Assembly: GCA_043228905.1 (NCBI GenBank)
Contig: JBHGNT010000001.1
Location: 930,001-994,000, forward strand
Length of the DNA: 64,000 nucleotides
Direction: 5' to 3'
DNA from: Azolla caroliniana
Lineage: Eukaryota > Plantae > Polypodiophyta
Part shown: positions 25,811-37,957 of the stretch, piece by piece
How the letters are laid out: the number at the start of each line of letters is the position of its first letter
How positions within the stretch are numbered: position 1 is the stretch's first letter
The notes under the pieces: generated by a model
What the model was told of the DNA's origin: nothing
Seen by the model: the letters and a program-made list of their open reading frames with translations, nothing else
Database searches by the model: none
Position numbers and translations under genes: made by a program

Positions 25811-26748
25811 GTTAGTACTAAAAGTACTCCCCCAATACACGTCCTAGCACTTCTAGATTCCAGAGCTAATTCCTATTTCATGGATCAAAATTTTGCCCAA
25901 GCTTCTAAGATATCCTTAAGAAAACTTCCTTGCCCCACATCTGTAGTAGTCATTGATGGTCGTCTCATTGCTTCCGGGAATATTGTAGAAGAGTCAAAAC
26001 CCATTCAAGTTGTCCTAGGTAGTTTTGTGTGTGTAGTAGCATTTAATATAATTAGTAGTCCAGAGCATCCCATTGTCTTGGGATTACCTTGGTTTGAATT
26101 AAATAATCCAGACATAGATTGGAGAACAAGAGAAGTCCGACATCGACAACCCCAAGAATCTACTCATCGAGTTTCGACCATTTCACTACGTCAATTACGC
26201 AAAGAAGGACACAATGAGGCAATGTTCCTATTTGCAATATCAACACATCCTTCCAACACTATTAAGGAGGAATCCTTAATGCAACTTCTGGTGGAATATC
26301 ATCCTTATGCCGATGTATTTGACAAGGTAAAAGCCTATACTCTTCCTCATCATCGTCCCTATGATTGTCCCATCGATTTACAATCAGGAGCAGAGCCACC
26401 ATGGGGACCAATTTACAACTTGTCACCCACTGAGTTAGAAGTCCTTCGAGCCTACATAGAGGAGAACTTGGCAAGCGGGTTTATACGTCATTCGAAATCT
26501 CCGGCCGGTGCACCCATCTTCTTTGTCAAGAAGAAAGATGGCTCACTTTGTCTCGTCGTTGATTACCGCGGCTTGAATAAAGTCACCATCCGGAATAGGT
26601 ATGCACTTCCTCTTATATCAAAATTCTTTTAGAGCGAGTTAATGGTGCCAAGTTTTTTACAAAAATCAATCTATGAGGAGTGTATAACCTCATGCGGATC
26701 CGGCCGGGAGATGAATGGAAGACCGCCTTTCGCACGCGGTATGGGCAT

Positions 26749-27216
26749 TTCGAATATATTGTTATGCCGTTCGGTCTAACCAATGCACCCATAGTCTTCC
26801 AACACATGGCAAATGATATATTCAAAGACCTCTTGAATATCTGTTTGATCATCTATCTAGATGATCTATTGATTTATTCGAAGACCCAGGAAGAGCACGA
26901 TTCTTTCGAATATATTGTTATGCCGTTCGGTCTAACCAATGCACCCATAGTCTTCCAACACATGGCAAATGATATATTCAAAGACCTCTTGAATATCTGT
27001 TTGATCATCTATCTAGATGATCTATTGATTTATTCGAAGACCCAGGAAGAGCACGATTCTTTCGAATATATTGTTATGCCGTTCAGTCTAACCAATGCAC
27101 CCACAGTCTTCCAACACATGGCAAATGATATATTCAGAGACCTCTTGAATATCTGTTTGATCATCTATCTAGATGATCTATTGATTTATTCGAAGACCCA
27201 GGCAAAGCACGATTCT
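26749..27216 (+). repeat. Three tandem 156-bp in-frame copies of the RT catalytic segment
   Basis: Units start at 26749, 26905 and 27061; each encodes FEYIVMPF.LTNAP.VFQHMANDIF.DLLNICLIIYLDDLLIYSKTQ..HDS. Confidence 0.95.
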
Positions 27217-28768
27217 CATGTACTATTAGTACTAAAACGACTCCGCGAGAATGGTCTTTATGCCAAGCTAGAAAAATGTAGCTTTGACTACAAGCAAGTG
27301 GAATTTCTAGGCTACGTGATCTCCTCAAAGGGCATCTCCATGGATCCAGCTAAAGTCCAAACTGTGCTAGAGTGGCAAATTCCACGGATGGTACGAGATG
27401 TACAATGTTTTCTAAGTTTTGCTAACTTCTACCGCAAGTTTATACAGGATTACTCGAAGATTATTTTACCTCTCACACAACTTACGAACAAGGGACGAGC
27501 ATTTCTTTGGTCCAATGAAGCGGACATGGCTTTTCGGCATCTTAAGAAACCCTTAACATCAACTCCCATTCTAGCTCATGTGGATACAAAGAAACCATTC
27601 ATCATGGAGGCCGACGCATCGGATTTCGCCCTCGGTAGCATCCTTTCTCAACAAGGAGATAAAGAAGAGTTACATCCTGTGGCTTTCCATTCGCGCAAAT
27701 TCAATGCCGCGGAAATCAACTACAAAATACATGACAATGAGTTATTAGCCATCGTGGATTCCTTTGTGCAATGGCGGCATTTCTTAGAGGGCTCTCCACA
27801 TCAGGCCATCGTCTTTAGTGATCACAAAAACCTTGCGTATTTCCAGAACGCTTGGGTGCTAAATCGACGACAAGCTCGGTGGGCTCAATTCCTCACGCGT
27901 TGACTTCAAAATCACATATCGACCAGGGAAGCAACAAGGAAAAGCAGATGCACTATCACGACGTTCATATCTTGCACCTCGTCCTGGTGATCCAGCGTTT
28001 GATAATCAAAAGCAAGTAATCTTGGGACCAACACGATTGCACACAACGCGGATTTTTCACATCCCTATGGATTCCCGGATTATCGATGCCATACGTGCGA
28101 ACTTGAAGACATACAGTTTTGCTCAAGACATTCTGGCGCACATTGATACCTCTCGGGCATCCTGTTCCCAATCTCAACAACCAAGTATCGACTACCGACA
28201 ATTCGAATATCATGATGGTTTGTTATTCTTTAAAAAGCTTGTATATGTCCCTGATTGCTCCTGTCGCCTTCAAATCGTCCAAAATTGTCATGACACCCAT
28301 ACGACGGGACATTTCGGTAGTACTAAGACGTTGGATCTCATTCAACGATCCTTTTGGTGGCCCCATATGCGACGTTTTGTCGACGACTACGTTCGAACTT
28401 GTGATGCTTGTTGCCGACGACACCATCCATATGGCTTGTTGGAACCCTTACCGATTCCAAGTAAGCCGTGGTAGTCTATTTGTCTTGATTTTATCACAGA
28501 TCTGCCGGTCTCGAAGGGGTTTGATGTTATCTTAACCGTCGTCGATCGATATACTAAGACGACACATTTTGTGCCGTGTACTAAGGCCATCACTAGCGAG
28601 GAAACCGCCGCCCTTGTCATGCGTGAGGTATTTCGGTATCACGACCTCCCAGACGATATGATCAGTGACCGATTACCTCAATTCGTCTCCAAATTTTGGC
28701 AACATCTCTTCAAGATGCTCATGGTCTCTTGCGACCTCTCCTCCGACTACCATCCCCAGACTGATGGG

Positions 28769-28943
28769 TGTCGAATACAGGTGTATAATGGACGTATTCA
28801 CACTATCCCTTTGGGCCATTTGTGTAATTAGCATAAAGGGTGGTTGCCCTAAGTCGGTCACTACATATAGTGACCTTGTAACCTTTTTGTAAGGTTGGGT
28901 GTTGTATTATTTCTTCTATTGAATAGAAAGTCTTTTGTGTGTG

Positions 28944-28974
<31 letters not shown>

Positions 28975-31900
28975 AACGACCTAGAAACTGTCATACGCAG
29001 GTATTCAAACACCAATTGAATGCTTCTTGATCTTCCGCATAGACGACCTTGTCTTCAACATCTGGTATCAGAGCCTGCACAGTATTCGGTCCTTCAATCC
29101 GCTGTCGGCAGTCGTCTCAGCCTGCACAGTATTCGGTTTCCTGCGTCATTCGAAGAAGAGAGAAGAAGAAGAGAAACGAGGCTTGCATCTCATTGCGTTA
29201 GATCATCTTCGCTTGGAGTAAGCCAGCAGGTTGTACTCTGTCCCTTGTGATCGTAACCGCTTGAGGTGAAATCCCCTTGTGCAACATTGACACGATCGTG
29301 CTCCACTCGGTTAAACGGCATCCGAAGAGGTAATCAAACGCCGCTCATTGTAACCACTCGGTGCAGATCGGTCTCAAGACAACAACCCCAAATTCGTGCT
29401 TCATCTGGCTGATCGACATTCGGGAGGATCAGTTGGATCCGTCTCTCTCGTTGCTGCAGTCAACCGAAGCAGAATCGGTCCAGATAATCGGTTTCAATAA
29501 TCGGTATTCGGCATATATATCCGAAGCGAACCGGGCTCACTCCGACTCGGCAACATTCGGGAAGACCAGTCGGTTCTGTCCCTCAAGCTACCGGAGTCAA
29601 TTCGAGCAAGTTCCGAAGCCGAACCGACTCGGGTTCAAATCCGACTAGAGCGATATCGGGTGAGCCAACTGGCTGCACTCCAACAAGGCTCGTAGTCAAC
29701 TCCGAACCGAGCTTCGTCAACCGAAACCAAATTTGATGGCATCAACATCCGGCTCGTCAGAAATGAGTCTACGAAAGTTCGATGGATCGAACTTCAACTT
29801 CTGGAAGGAACAAATGCAGGACTATCTCATAGTCAAGGGGCAAATTGATCCCATCGAAAATGAAGAACCTCCAGAAGGATACAAACCAATTGAGTGGCAG
29901 AAGCTGGACAGAATCGTCCGCGCCACGATTCGGATGCACCTATCGGAATCGGTATACTTTACGGTGCAATCGTGTACGACAGCATTCGAACTGTGGAAAA
30001 CACTGTCGGACACTTACGAAAAGAAGGTCGCCGCAACAAAGATGTTTCTGATCCGGCGCCTCTACAACTTGCGGATGAAAGAATCCGACTCGGTTCAAGC
30101 ACACCTAAATGAGTACGAAAGCATAAGCTCCCAAATCTCGTCACAGGGGACGGCAATCGAGGATGAACTCAGAGCAATGATACTCATGAGTAGCCTTCCC
30201 TCATCATGGGAAACTTTCGTCACAACCGTGTGCAACGCGTCAACCACGGCTGTTAAATACTCCGAAGTCACGAGCGCAATCCTGACCGAAGCAGCTCGGA
30301 GAAAGTCTTTCGCCAAAGACTCAACAGACGACGCTTATGTAGTACAAGGTTCGACAGACCGATCGAACATACGAGGAAGAGATTCCTCACGACCGCCGAA
30401 CAATCAGCGAAGACGGAGCCAGTCACGGGATAACCGAATCTGCAACTATTGCAAGAAACCCGGACACATCAAAGCCGACTGCCGCGCACTCAAGAACAAG
30501 AACAACAAGAAGAGTGGCCGGCATGAGGAGATCAATTACGTCAGCTTCTCAGCTGATGTGCTACCAGACGACCCGAATATACTATCAATCGAAAATCCAG
30601 TCGGATCAGAAGTCCTACTCACGACTGAAGAGTCGAGCACATGGCTCTTAGATTCGGGCGCGTCATTTCACGTGACTCCTCATCGATCCCAATTTCGGCA
30701 ATATACGATCTGTCACTCCGACTCAGTTCGAGTCGGCAACTCACAACACTGTGACATCATCGGAATCGGCACAGTAGAGCTCAACCTTGCAGGTGGCTCT
30801 ACACTTGTACTCCACAATGTCCGACACGTACCCGAGCTCTCAAGGCCATTGATCTCAGTCGGACAACTAGATGAAGACGGCATTCGTGCCGGCTTTTCTT
30901 CGGGAGGGTGGACACTCCACAGGGGGAACCTCCTGCTTGCTAGAGGACCCAAGATACACTCACTGTATCCGCTACATGTTACGCTCAGAGAGGGTAACCT
31001 GTTTTTGGTGGATATTCCTGTGTCATCACTATGGCACAGAAGATTAGGACACCTCAGCAAGGCCGGCATTACGCATCTATCTAGAGCCGGATACATCCCT
31101 AAACTCTCCTTCTCCGACCATCAATTCTGCGAGCATTGCCAGTATGGCAAACAAGCAGCCGCATCACACCCGACATCAGCACCAAGAGACACGAAACCTC
31201 TCGACTTAGTCCACTCGGACGTCTGTGGCCCAATGCCGCATCAGTCTCTCGGCGGTGCCTCTTACTTCGTCACGTTTATTGACGATTCGACTCGAAAGGT
31301 GTGGGCTTATCCGATTCGCACCAAAGATCGGGTCTTCTCGATCTTCTCAGATTGGCTCGCTATGGTAGAAAATCAAACCGACCGAAAACTGAAATGCTTT
31401 CGGACCGACAACGGGGGAGAGTTCAAATCCGAAGAATTCGTCAAATTCTGCCGACAACGCGGCATCCGACGTGAATTTACGGCACCACACAGTCCGGAGC
31501 AAAACGGGATTGCCGAACGCATGAATCGGACAATCCAAGAACGGATAGTTTCCATGCTCCAACACTCCGGACTGTCGGATGGCTTCTGGGCAGAGGCTCT
31601 ACTCACGGCAGTACACATAATCAATATGTCGCCAAGTAGACCTCTAGGACTTCAAATTCCTCAGGAACTATGGATCGGCAGTAAGCCGAATTACGACAAG
31701 CTGAGGATCTTCGGATGCGAGGCGTACGCCCTTATTCCGAAAGATGATCGCCGAAAACTTGCACCTCGGTCCAGGAAATGCATTTTCCTTGGATATGGAT
31801 CAGACGGCGAAATGGGATACCGACTCTGGGACCCCGAACGCAGACAAATCGTTCGAAGTTCGGACGTTGTGTTCAACGAGTCGGCTATGAATCCATCAGT

Positions 31901-34230
31901 CGAGAAACCGATCGAAGTCCGAAGGGTAACATTTTCCGATGTGCCGACCCTTCAAGAAGGCCCCGCTCTCAACACACGGTCAGCTTCACGGGTAGCTGAA
32001 CCTTACACTACCGACTCGGACAACTCCGACTCGGCACAACAGAACAATCCGCTTTCGGACCATCCGACCGTGATACCCGATGCGACCAGTCCAATCATAC
32101 CTCGACGATCCGAGAGACTGTCGCAACCTCCGGAGAGGTATTCTCCTGGAATCTTCTTCACCGACGCCGGCGAACCGACGTCTTACGAAGAAGCATCGAC
32201 ATCTGTCGATTCAGCCACCTGGCATCTGGCGATGGAGTCGGAAATGCACTCCATTCGGGCAAACAAGACTTGGGATCTGGTCGAATTACCTAAGAACCGA
32301 CGTGCTCTTCCTTGCAAGTGGGTTTATCGACTAAAAGAGACGTCTGATTCGACCACCCCAAAGTACAAGGCCAGATTAGTTGCGAAGGGCTTCCGACAAG
32401 AATATGGCGTCGACTTCGACGAGATTTTTTCACCAGTGGTGAAAATGACAACCCTTCGTTTTCTACTCGGCGTAGTGGCAGCCGACAACTTGGAGCTGAT
32501 TCAGCTAGATGTCAAAACAGCCTTCCTCCATGGTGATCTTGAGGAGGAAATTTATATGGAGCAGCCAAAAGGCTTCGTGGCAACTGGCCAAGAACATCTA
32601 GTCTGCCGACTCAGGAAGAGTCTATATGGCCTCAAACAGGCACCACGACAATGGTACAAGAAGTTCGACGACTTCATCCAATCGATCGGCTTCTCCAAAA
32701 GCGATGAGGACCATTGTCTCTTCACCAACACAGCTCAAGATGGATCACCCATCTTCCTCATCATTTACGTGGACGACATGCTAATTTCTGGACGCCACGC
32801 GGGCGATCTTGCCGATCTCATTCGGCAGCTGCGGTTGAAGTTTGCCATGAAGGACCTCGGTCCGGCACGACACATACTCGGCATGAAGATTAGTCGGCAT
32901 CGCGATAAACGACATCTTTTTTTGTCTCAGACCGACTATATCCGACGTGTCTTGGAACGCTTCAACATGCAATCAGCCAAATCTACTTCAACCCCGCTCC
33001 CAATGAATTTTCGGCTCTCTCAGCGAGACTGCCCGACATCCGGCCCGGAGGGGGAAGATATGAAGTCGGTACCGTATGCACCGGCAGTCGGCTCCCTTAT
33101 GTACCTGATGGTCGCGACACGGCCTGATATTTCTCATGCCGTAGGAGTCGTTAGCAGATTTATGCACAATCCTGGCCGATCGCATTGGAACGCAGTCAAG
33201 CATGTGTTCAGATATCTGGCTGGCACAAAAGACCATGGCATTCTTTTCGGTCCGAACCGAACCTCAGGCGTAGTCGGTTACACCGACTCGGACTTCGCCG
33301 GCTGTATAGACAGTCGGAAATCAACAACCGGATACTGCTTCAAATTCGGCAATGGAGCAATCTCGTGGAAGTCGAAACTTCAGGAGTGCACAGCGACCTC
33401 AACGACCGAAGCAGAATATGTAGCTGCGTCCGACGCAACAAAAGAAGCTTTGTGGCTCGGTCGGCTGGCGCACACGTTTCGACAAGTCGATCATGACTCG
33501 GCTCCAGTTGTCTACAGCGACAGTCAAGGTGCTGTTGCCTTGTCGAAAAATCCGGTTCACCACAACGCCTCCAAACATATCGACGTTCGATATCACTTCG
33601 TTTGGGACTGCGTCATTTCAGGGAAAATCGGTCTAGAGAAAATATCCACAACCGACAATGTCGCAGATGGAATGACCAAGTGTCTTTCGGCAGATCGTTT
33701 TCGGTCTCTTCGGCATCAGATGGGCGTAACGACAAACCAGTCCGGTTAGAGCCGGACACAGAGCAGGATGGTTCCCGACAACCGACATCAGTTCCTTAAT
33801 GATCGGCTTCAACTGTTCCGACCCGACCAGTTCGGTCCTCTGCCTTCGGACCCTGCCGACTCGAACAAAGCTGATATGTCCGAGAACCTAAGTCTATACC
33901 TGTAATCTTAGATAACCCATGTATACGCCCATTACGGGGGAGTGTCGAATACAGGTGTATAATGGACGTATTCACACTATCCCTTTGGGCCATTTGTGTA
34001 ATTAGCATAAAGGGTGGTTGCCCTAAGTCGGTCACTACATATAGTGACCTTGTAACCTTTTTGTAAGGTTGGGTGTTGTATTATTTCTTCTATTGAATAG
34101 AAAGTCTTTTGTGTGTGTCTCTCTCTCTCTCTCTCTCTCTGTGCAACGACCTAGAAACTGTCATACGCAGGTATTCAAACACCAATCGAATGCTTCTTGA
34201 TCTTCCGCATAGACGACCTTGTCTTCAACA
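28769..34230 (+). mobile_element. Intact, very young Ty1/Copia element C (Tnt1/Tork-like); LTRs 28769-29060 and 33943-34230
   Basis: Perfect TSD ATGGG; PBS TGGTATCAGAGC at 29063-29074; PPT GGGGGAG at 33936-33942; by eye the LTRs differ only by one substitution and (CT)n length. Confidence 0.97.
29736..33749 (+). CDS. Copia gag-pol polyprotein (gag, zinc knuckle, protease, integrase, RT, RNase H), uninterrupted ORF
   Basis: KFDGSNFNFWK, CNYCKKPGHIKADC, WLLDSGAS, LWHRRLGH, VHSDVCGP, TDNGGEF, YKARLVAKG, LDVKTAFL, YVDDML, GYTDSDFAG, KHIDVRYHF. Confidence 0.95.
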   Translation: MASTSGSSEMSLRKFDGSNFNFWKEQMQDYLIVKGQIDPIENEEPPEGYKPIEWQKLDRIVRATIRMHLSESVYFTVQSCTTAFELWKTLSDTYEKKVAATKMFLIRRLYNLRMKESDSVQAHLNEYESISSQISSQGTAIEDELRAMILMSSLPSSWETFVTTVCNASTTAVKYSEVTSAILTEAARRKSFAKDSTDDAYVVQGSTDRSNIRGRDSSRPPNNQRRRSQSRDNRICNYCKKPGHIKADCRALKNKNNKKSGRHEEINYVSFSADVLPDDPNILSIENPVGSEVLLTTEESSTWLLDSGASFHVTPHRSQFRQYTICHSDSVRVGNSQHCDIIGIGTVELNLAGGSTLVLHNVRHVPELSRPLISVGQLDEDGIRAGFSSGGWTLHRGNLLLARGPKIHSLYPLHVTLREGNLFLVDIPVSSLWHRRLGHLSKAGITHLSRAGYIPKLSFSDHQFCEHCQYGKQAAASHPTSAPRDTKPLDLVHSDVCGPMPHQSLGGASYFVTFIDDSTRKVWAYPIRTKDRVFSIFSDWLAMVENQTDRKLKCFRTDNGGEFKSEEFVKFCRQRGIRREFTAPHSPEQNGIAERMNRTIQERIVSMLQHSGLSDGFWAEALLTAVHIINMSPSRPLGLQIPQELWIGSKPNYDKLRIFGCEAYALIPKDDRRKLAPRSRKCIFLGYGSDGEMGYRLWDPERRQIVRSSDVVFNESAMNPSVEKPIEVRRVTFSDVPTLQEGPALNTRSASRVAEPYTTDSDNSDSAQQNNPLSDHPTVIPDATSPIIPRRSERLSQPPERYSPGIFFTDAGEPTSYEEASTSVDSATWHLAMESEMHSIRANKTWDLVELPKNRRALPCKWVYRLKETSDSTTPKYKARLVAKGFRQEYGVDFDEIFSPVVKMTTLRFLLGVVAADNLELIQLDVKTAFLHGDLEEEIYMEQPKGFVATGQEHLVCRLRKSLYGLKQAPRQWYKKFDDFIQSIGFSKSDEDHCLFTNTAQDGSPIFLIIYVDDMLISGRHAGDLADLIRQLRLKFAMKDLGPARHILGMKISRHRDKRHLFLSQTDYIRRVLERFNMQSAKSTSTPLPMNFRLSQRDCPTSGPEGEDMKSVPYAPAVGSLMYLMVATRPDISHAVGVVSRFMHNPGRSHWNAVKHVFRYLAGTKDHGILFGPNRTSGVVGYTDSDFAGCIDSRKSTTGYCFKFGNGAISWKSKLQECTATSTTEAEYVAASDATKEALWLGRLAHTFRQVDHDSAPVVYSDSQGAVALSKNPVHHNASKHIDVRYHFVWDCVISGKIGLEKISTTDNVADGMTKCLSADRFRSLRHQMGVTTNQSG

Positions 34231-36310
34231 ATGGGCTGGCAGAATGAACAAACCAAACGCTGGAACAATATCTCCGGTGCTTTCTGAGTTATCAACAGGA
34301 CGATTGGGCCGAGATTCTCCACTTTGCGGAGTTTGCATATAATAATGCGGTTCACTCCTCGACTCGGGTCTCCTCATTTTACGCTTATACTGGTTCTCAT
34401 CCTCGTTGGTCGGTGATCGACACCCCAGAGCTACCTACCAATCCTCGTGCCAAGGATCATTTGGAGAGGCTACGCAAGATCCAGATGGATCTCTCTACTA
34501 ATCTTCGTCATGCTCAACACCCACAGAAGACTTATGCGGATCGTCATCGGCTTCCCTCCACTTTTGCCGTCGGCGATCGAATATGGCTCTTACGTCGTCA
34601 CATCAAGACTACTCGACTGTGCGACAAGTTGCATTATCGACGACTCAGTCCTTTCCATATTACTAGTAAGGTTAATGATGTCACGTTCCGCCTTGATCTC
34701 CCTCCGCATCTTCAGATCCATCCGGTTTTCCATAGCTCTCTTCGTGAACCTTATAAAGCAAACACTATTCCCAATCGTGTTACACCACTGCCGCCCCCGC
34801 TTGAGTTGGAAGTCGGCCCGGAGTATGATGTTGCTGCCATCCTCGATTCCAAACTTGTTCGCAACAAACTTTATTATTTGGTCGATTGGCTCGGCTATAG
34901 TCCGGGCGAACGTACTTGGGAACCCGTCGACCATGTCGCCAATGCTCAAGATCTTCTTTCTGAGTTCCACCAAAAGTATCCAAACAAACCCGATCCGCAA
35001 TCAGCGCCGACTCGTTCCACTCGTCGTCTTAAGGGGGAGATAGTGTCATGATATGGCAAGACTCGAACACATGACCTTATGTTATACCATCTATTGTAAT
35101 ACGTAGGATATTATTTGAACATTTAAGTTTTATTATAGGAAATTAATGTATATTCCAAATTTCTCTGGAACATTCTAGAAGCTTCAGGATTACTCCTAAT
35201 AACACTATAAAAGAAGGCACTAGGCATTATTTTGAACCAAATTTGTTCAACGCTAGTCTTAAGCCTCATAGTCATCTTGTACTTACTCTTCCTATAATAT
35301 ATCATCTGTTATCATCTCTCTCTCTCTCGTCCTCACTCACTCTTTCTCTCTCTCTCTCTTCTCTTCTCTTTCCTCCCTCTCGGGAGTCTTACGCAGTCAT
35401 GTCCTCTTAGTACTAATAGTACTTCCCTTCTCTAGTACTAATTCTCTCTCTATTTTAGCACTATTCCTGACAGGAATTGGAGTCAATGTTGTTTGCCGAG
35501 TTGACACGCTTCGCATACTTGGTCGACTCGAATGACAGAAGTCCGATGACGACTCCCTTTGATTGCATAGCTTGGAGCCGTTGGAGGTTTATGTGGTCGA
35601 TTCTCTTGTGCCACAACTCAATGCTTGTCTCGGTTTTGAGACCTTTAGTGTACATTGTCGATTTCACCTTGTTCGAATCGAGGATGAACATTCAATTATA
35701 TCTCCACCCCTTAGCTATGAGTCAACCATCTTTCTTGATGAAGCATCCTTCGTTGTTGAAGCGGACTTGCATGCCTTGCTCCACGATTTGGCCAATGGAG
35801 ACCAAATTCTTCGTTATTGTGGGCACATGTGAGACATTCTTGATGCAAGTTTGCTCACCTTCATTCCCGAATGGGACATTGCCGATGTGCCGAATGGGAT
35901 GTGTGGTGTCGTCTCCTATCTCTATGAAGCCGGGTCCATCCGGCGTTCGTAAGTCACGAAACCACTCTTGGTGTGACGTCATATGATGTGAGGCGCCGGA
36001 ATCGACGAATCACATGTCTTCCAAGTTGGAGGTGCTTGCGGAGTCGGAGGCCGACATAGAATTCGCTCTATGCCTGATTACGAATAGTCCATCGTAGTCG
36101 TCGTATTCGTAGTTGGCGGCGTAATTCGTGAGTTGTCGACTTGTCGAAGCCAACTCACTTCTTCTTTTTCGGCACTCCTCCTCGCGGTGGCCAATTTTTC
36201 CGCAATAGTTGCAAGTTGTGGGCATCATTTGCCGACCTTGTTCGGCATGGAAGCTCCCCCTTCTTCCAAGGTTCCTCGATGGGTTCCGTCTTGTTGTCAA
36301 AGGTTTGAGT

Positions 36311-36949
36311 TGTTGGGAGACAGGTCCCTCCGGATGGGAAGGGAGAAGAACAATGCTGATAAGGAAACTCGGTCGAGGCCGAAACCGGATGAGGAGTACC
36401 CGGCTACGGAGAGCTGGATGGTGCAGACCCGGTGAGAACCAGATGACGAGTGCCCGGCAAGATCTGGATGATGCAGGCCCGGTGAGGAGCACTCTGCGGA
36501 TGAAGAGACATATTCGTAAATATGTTTCTGAGAGTCCATCGTGGCTATATTTGTAAATAGCCGAAAAGTCATATTAGTATAAATATGACTTAGGGCAAAC
36601 TTTTGAGTGAGTTGTTGTTATTCTTGTCTGCGCGAGATCAGAGCGTGTAAGTGTGTACAGAGAGAGAGAGAGAGGAAGAGGTTGTTGCCTCTGTTGTAAC
36701 CGCCGCCTGTGGCGAAGATAGAGAGCTCGAGGTTGTTGCCTCGGTGCTTCACTGTTGTATACTATAACATAGTGATAGTTTGCAGCATGTGGGCTGCCGT
36801 GGTTTTTTCCCTAGTTTGGGTTTTCCACGTAAACATCCTGTGTGCTCTTCTCTCCACTGTGTCGTGCATTCATTCCTGTTTTTTTGTGTATGATTCTAAG
36901 CTCGGTTGTGGCCGAGCGTTGCGCATATGGAGCGTTTTAGTTCCCGTCA
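36311..36949 (+). mobile_element. Solo LTR (639 bp, Copia-like) inserted in the gag of element A
   Basis: TG...CA termini (TGTTGGGA / TCCCGTCA); TSD TGAGT at 36306-36310 and 36950-36954; TATAAATA near 36579; GTGGTTTTTTCCC...GGGTTTTCCACGT U5-type motif; gag sequence resumes on either side. Confidence 0.85.
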
Positions 36950-37898
36950 TGAGTTCCCTTCGTGTGATGGCTCGAATCGACCTCTTCTACCGCCTCGACC
37001 TCGTCCTCGTCCTTGGCCACCATCCGAATTCGAAAAGAACATTTGTCATTCTGATGTCTTGGTTTTGGTTTGGATGTGGTTTTCTTCAACCATTAACATT
37101 GATTGAAGGTTGAAGAACGAAGGAGGATTTTCCCTCGCCAAGATTGCCGTCCTCAATGAATCGAATCATTGTGCGAGGCTGCCCAAGCATACTTGCACCT
37201 TCTCGTCTTCGTCGATGTTTATTTTGATGGAGCTAAGCAAGTCACAAATGCTCTTGATCTTGGCGGTGAATACTCCAACACGGACATGTCTTTTTGCCGA
37301 ATGTTGTTCAAATCTTGTTGGAGTTGAAGCTTTCGAGTGGTTGTGTTGGCGACAAACGTTTTCTTTAAGTTCGCCCACACTTCTTTAGGCGTCTTGGCAT
37401 CTTGAATGTGGCTAAGCATGTGGTCGTGGACACATGTTGCCTAGCAATACATGACTCGACTTGCCGCTTGCTCCCATGTTGCGTAGTCGACGTTCTTTGA
37501 GTCAGGTCGATTTTCTTGAGCATCGTTGATGTAGCTCCAATACCCTTGGCCGACAAGGTATTGGGTCATCTTGTAATCCCAAGATGAATAATTGCTCCGG
37601 TCTAGCTTTTCACTAGGGATCGAGCTACCCATTTGTGTGTTCATTTTGATGTAGTGTCTTCCTTTTTCAATTTCCTTCACTCGATCACTTACTCGTGCTA
37701 CGTAGCGGCACTACGGTAGCGGATGGCTGGAATTTGTTGTCGGCGTTTCGAACACACAATTATGAAGAGGCGGATGGGCTTAGTGGATGCACTATACCAC
37801 ACACTCTGATACCATGTTAAGAATTAGATAAGTAATTAAGCAAAGATTAATTAGTACCTAATTATGTGATTAGTTGATAAGCGGAAGATTAAGTGATA

Positions 37899-37957
<59 letters not shown>

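Larger units (their letters stand above)
23397..35472 (+). mobile_element. Ty3/Gypsy chromovirus element B (Tcn1/Tf1-like), degenerate; LTRs 23397-23824 and 35044-35472
   Basis: TG...CA LTRs; TSD AGAAT/GGAAT; PPT AAGGGGGAGATAG at 35031-35043. Order gag (PMEID, degenerate CCHC), protease LLDS, RT (KTAF, MPFGLTNAP, YLDD), RNase H (ADASDFA), integrase, chromodomain (YDVAAILDS...YYLVDWLGYSPGERTWEP); several stops and frameshifts. Confidence 0.93.

Noticed and set aside
29822-33799. Many short alternative-frame and antisense ORFs inside Copia C
   Set aside because: Expected shadows of a long GC-rich ORF, with no independent signals
34447-35043. 198-aa overlapping ORF in the Gypsy integrase/chromodomain region
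   Set aside because: Starts at a non-ATG codon and has no motif; the chromodomain frame explains the sequence
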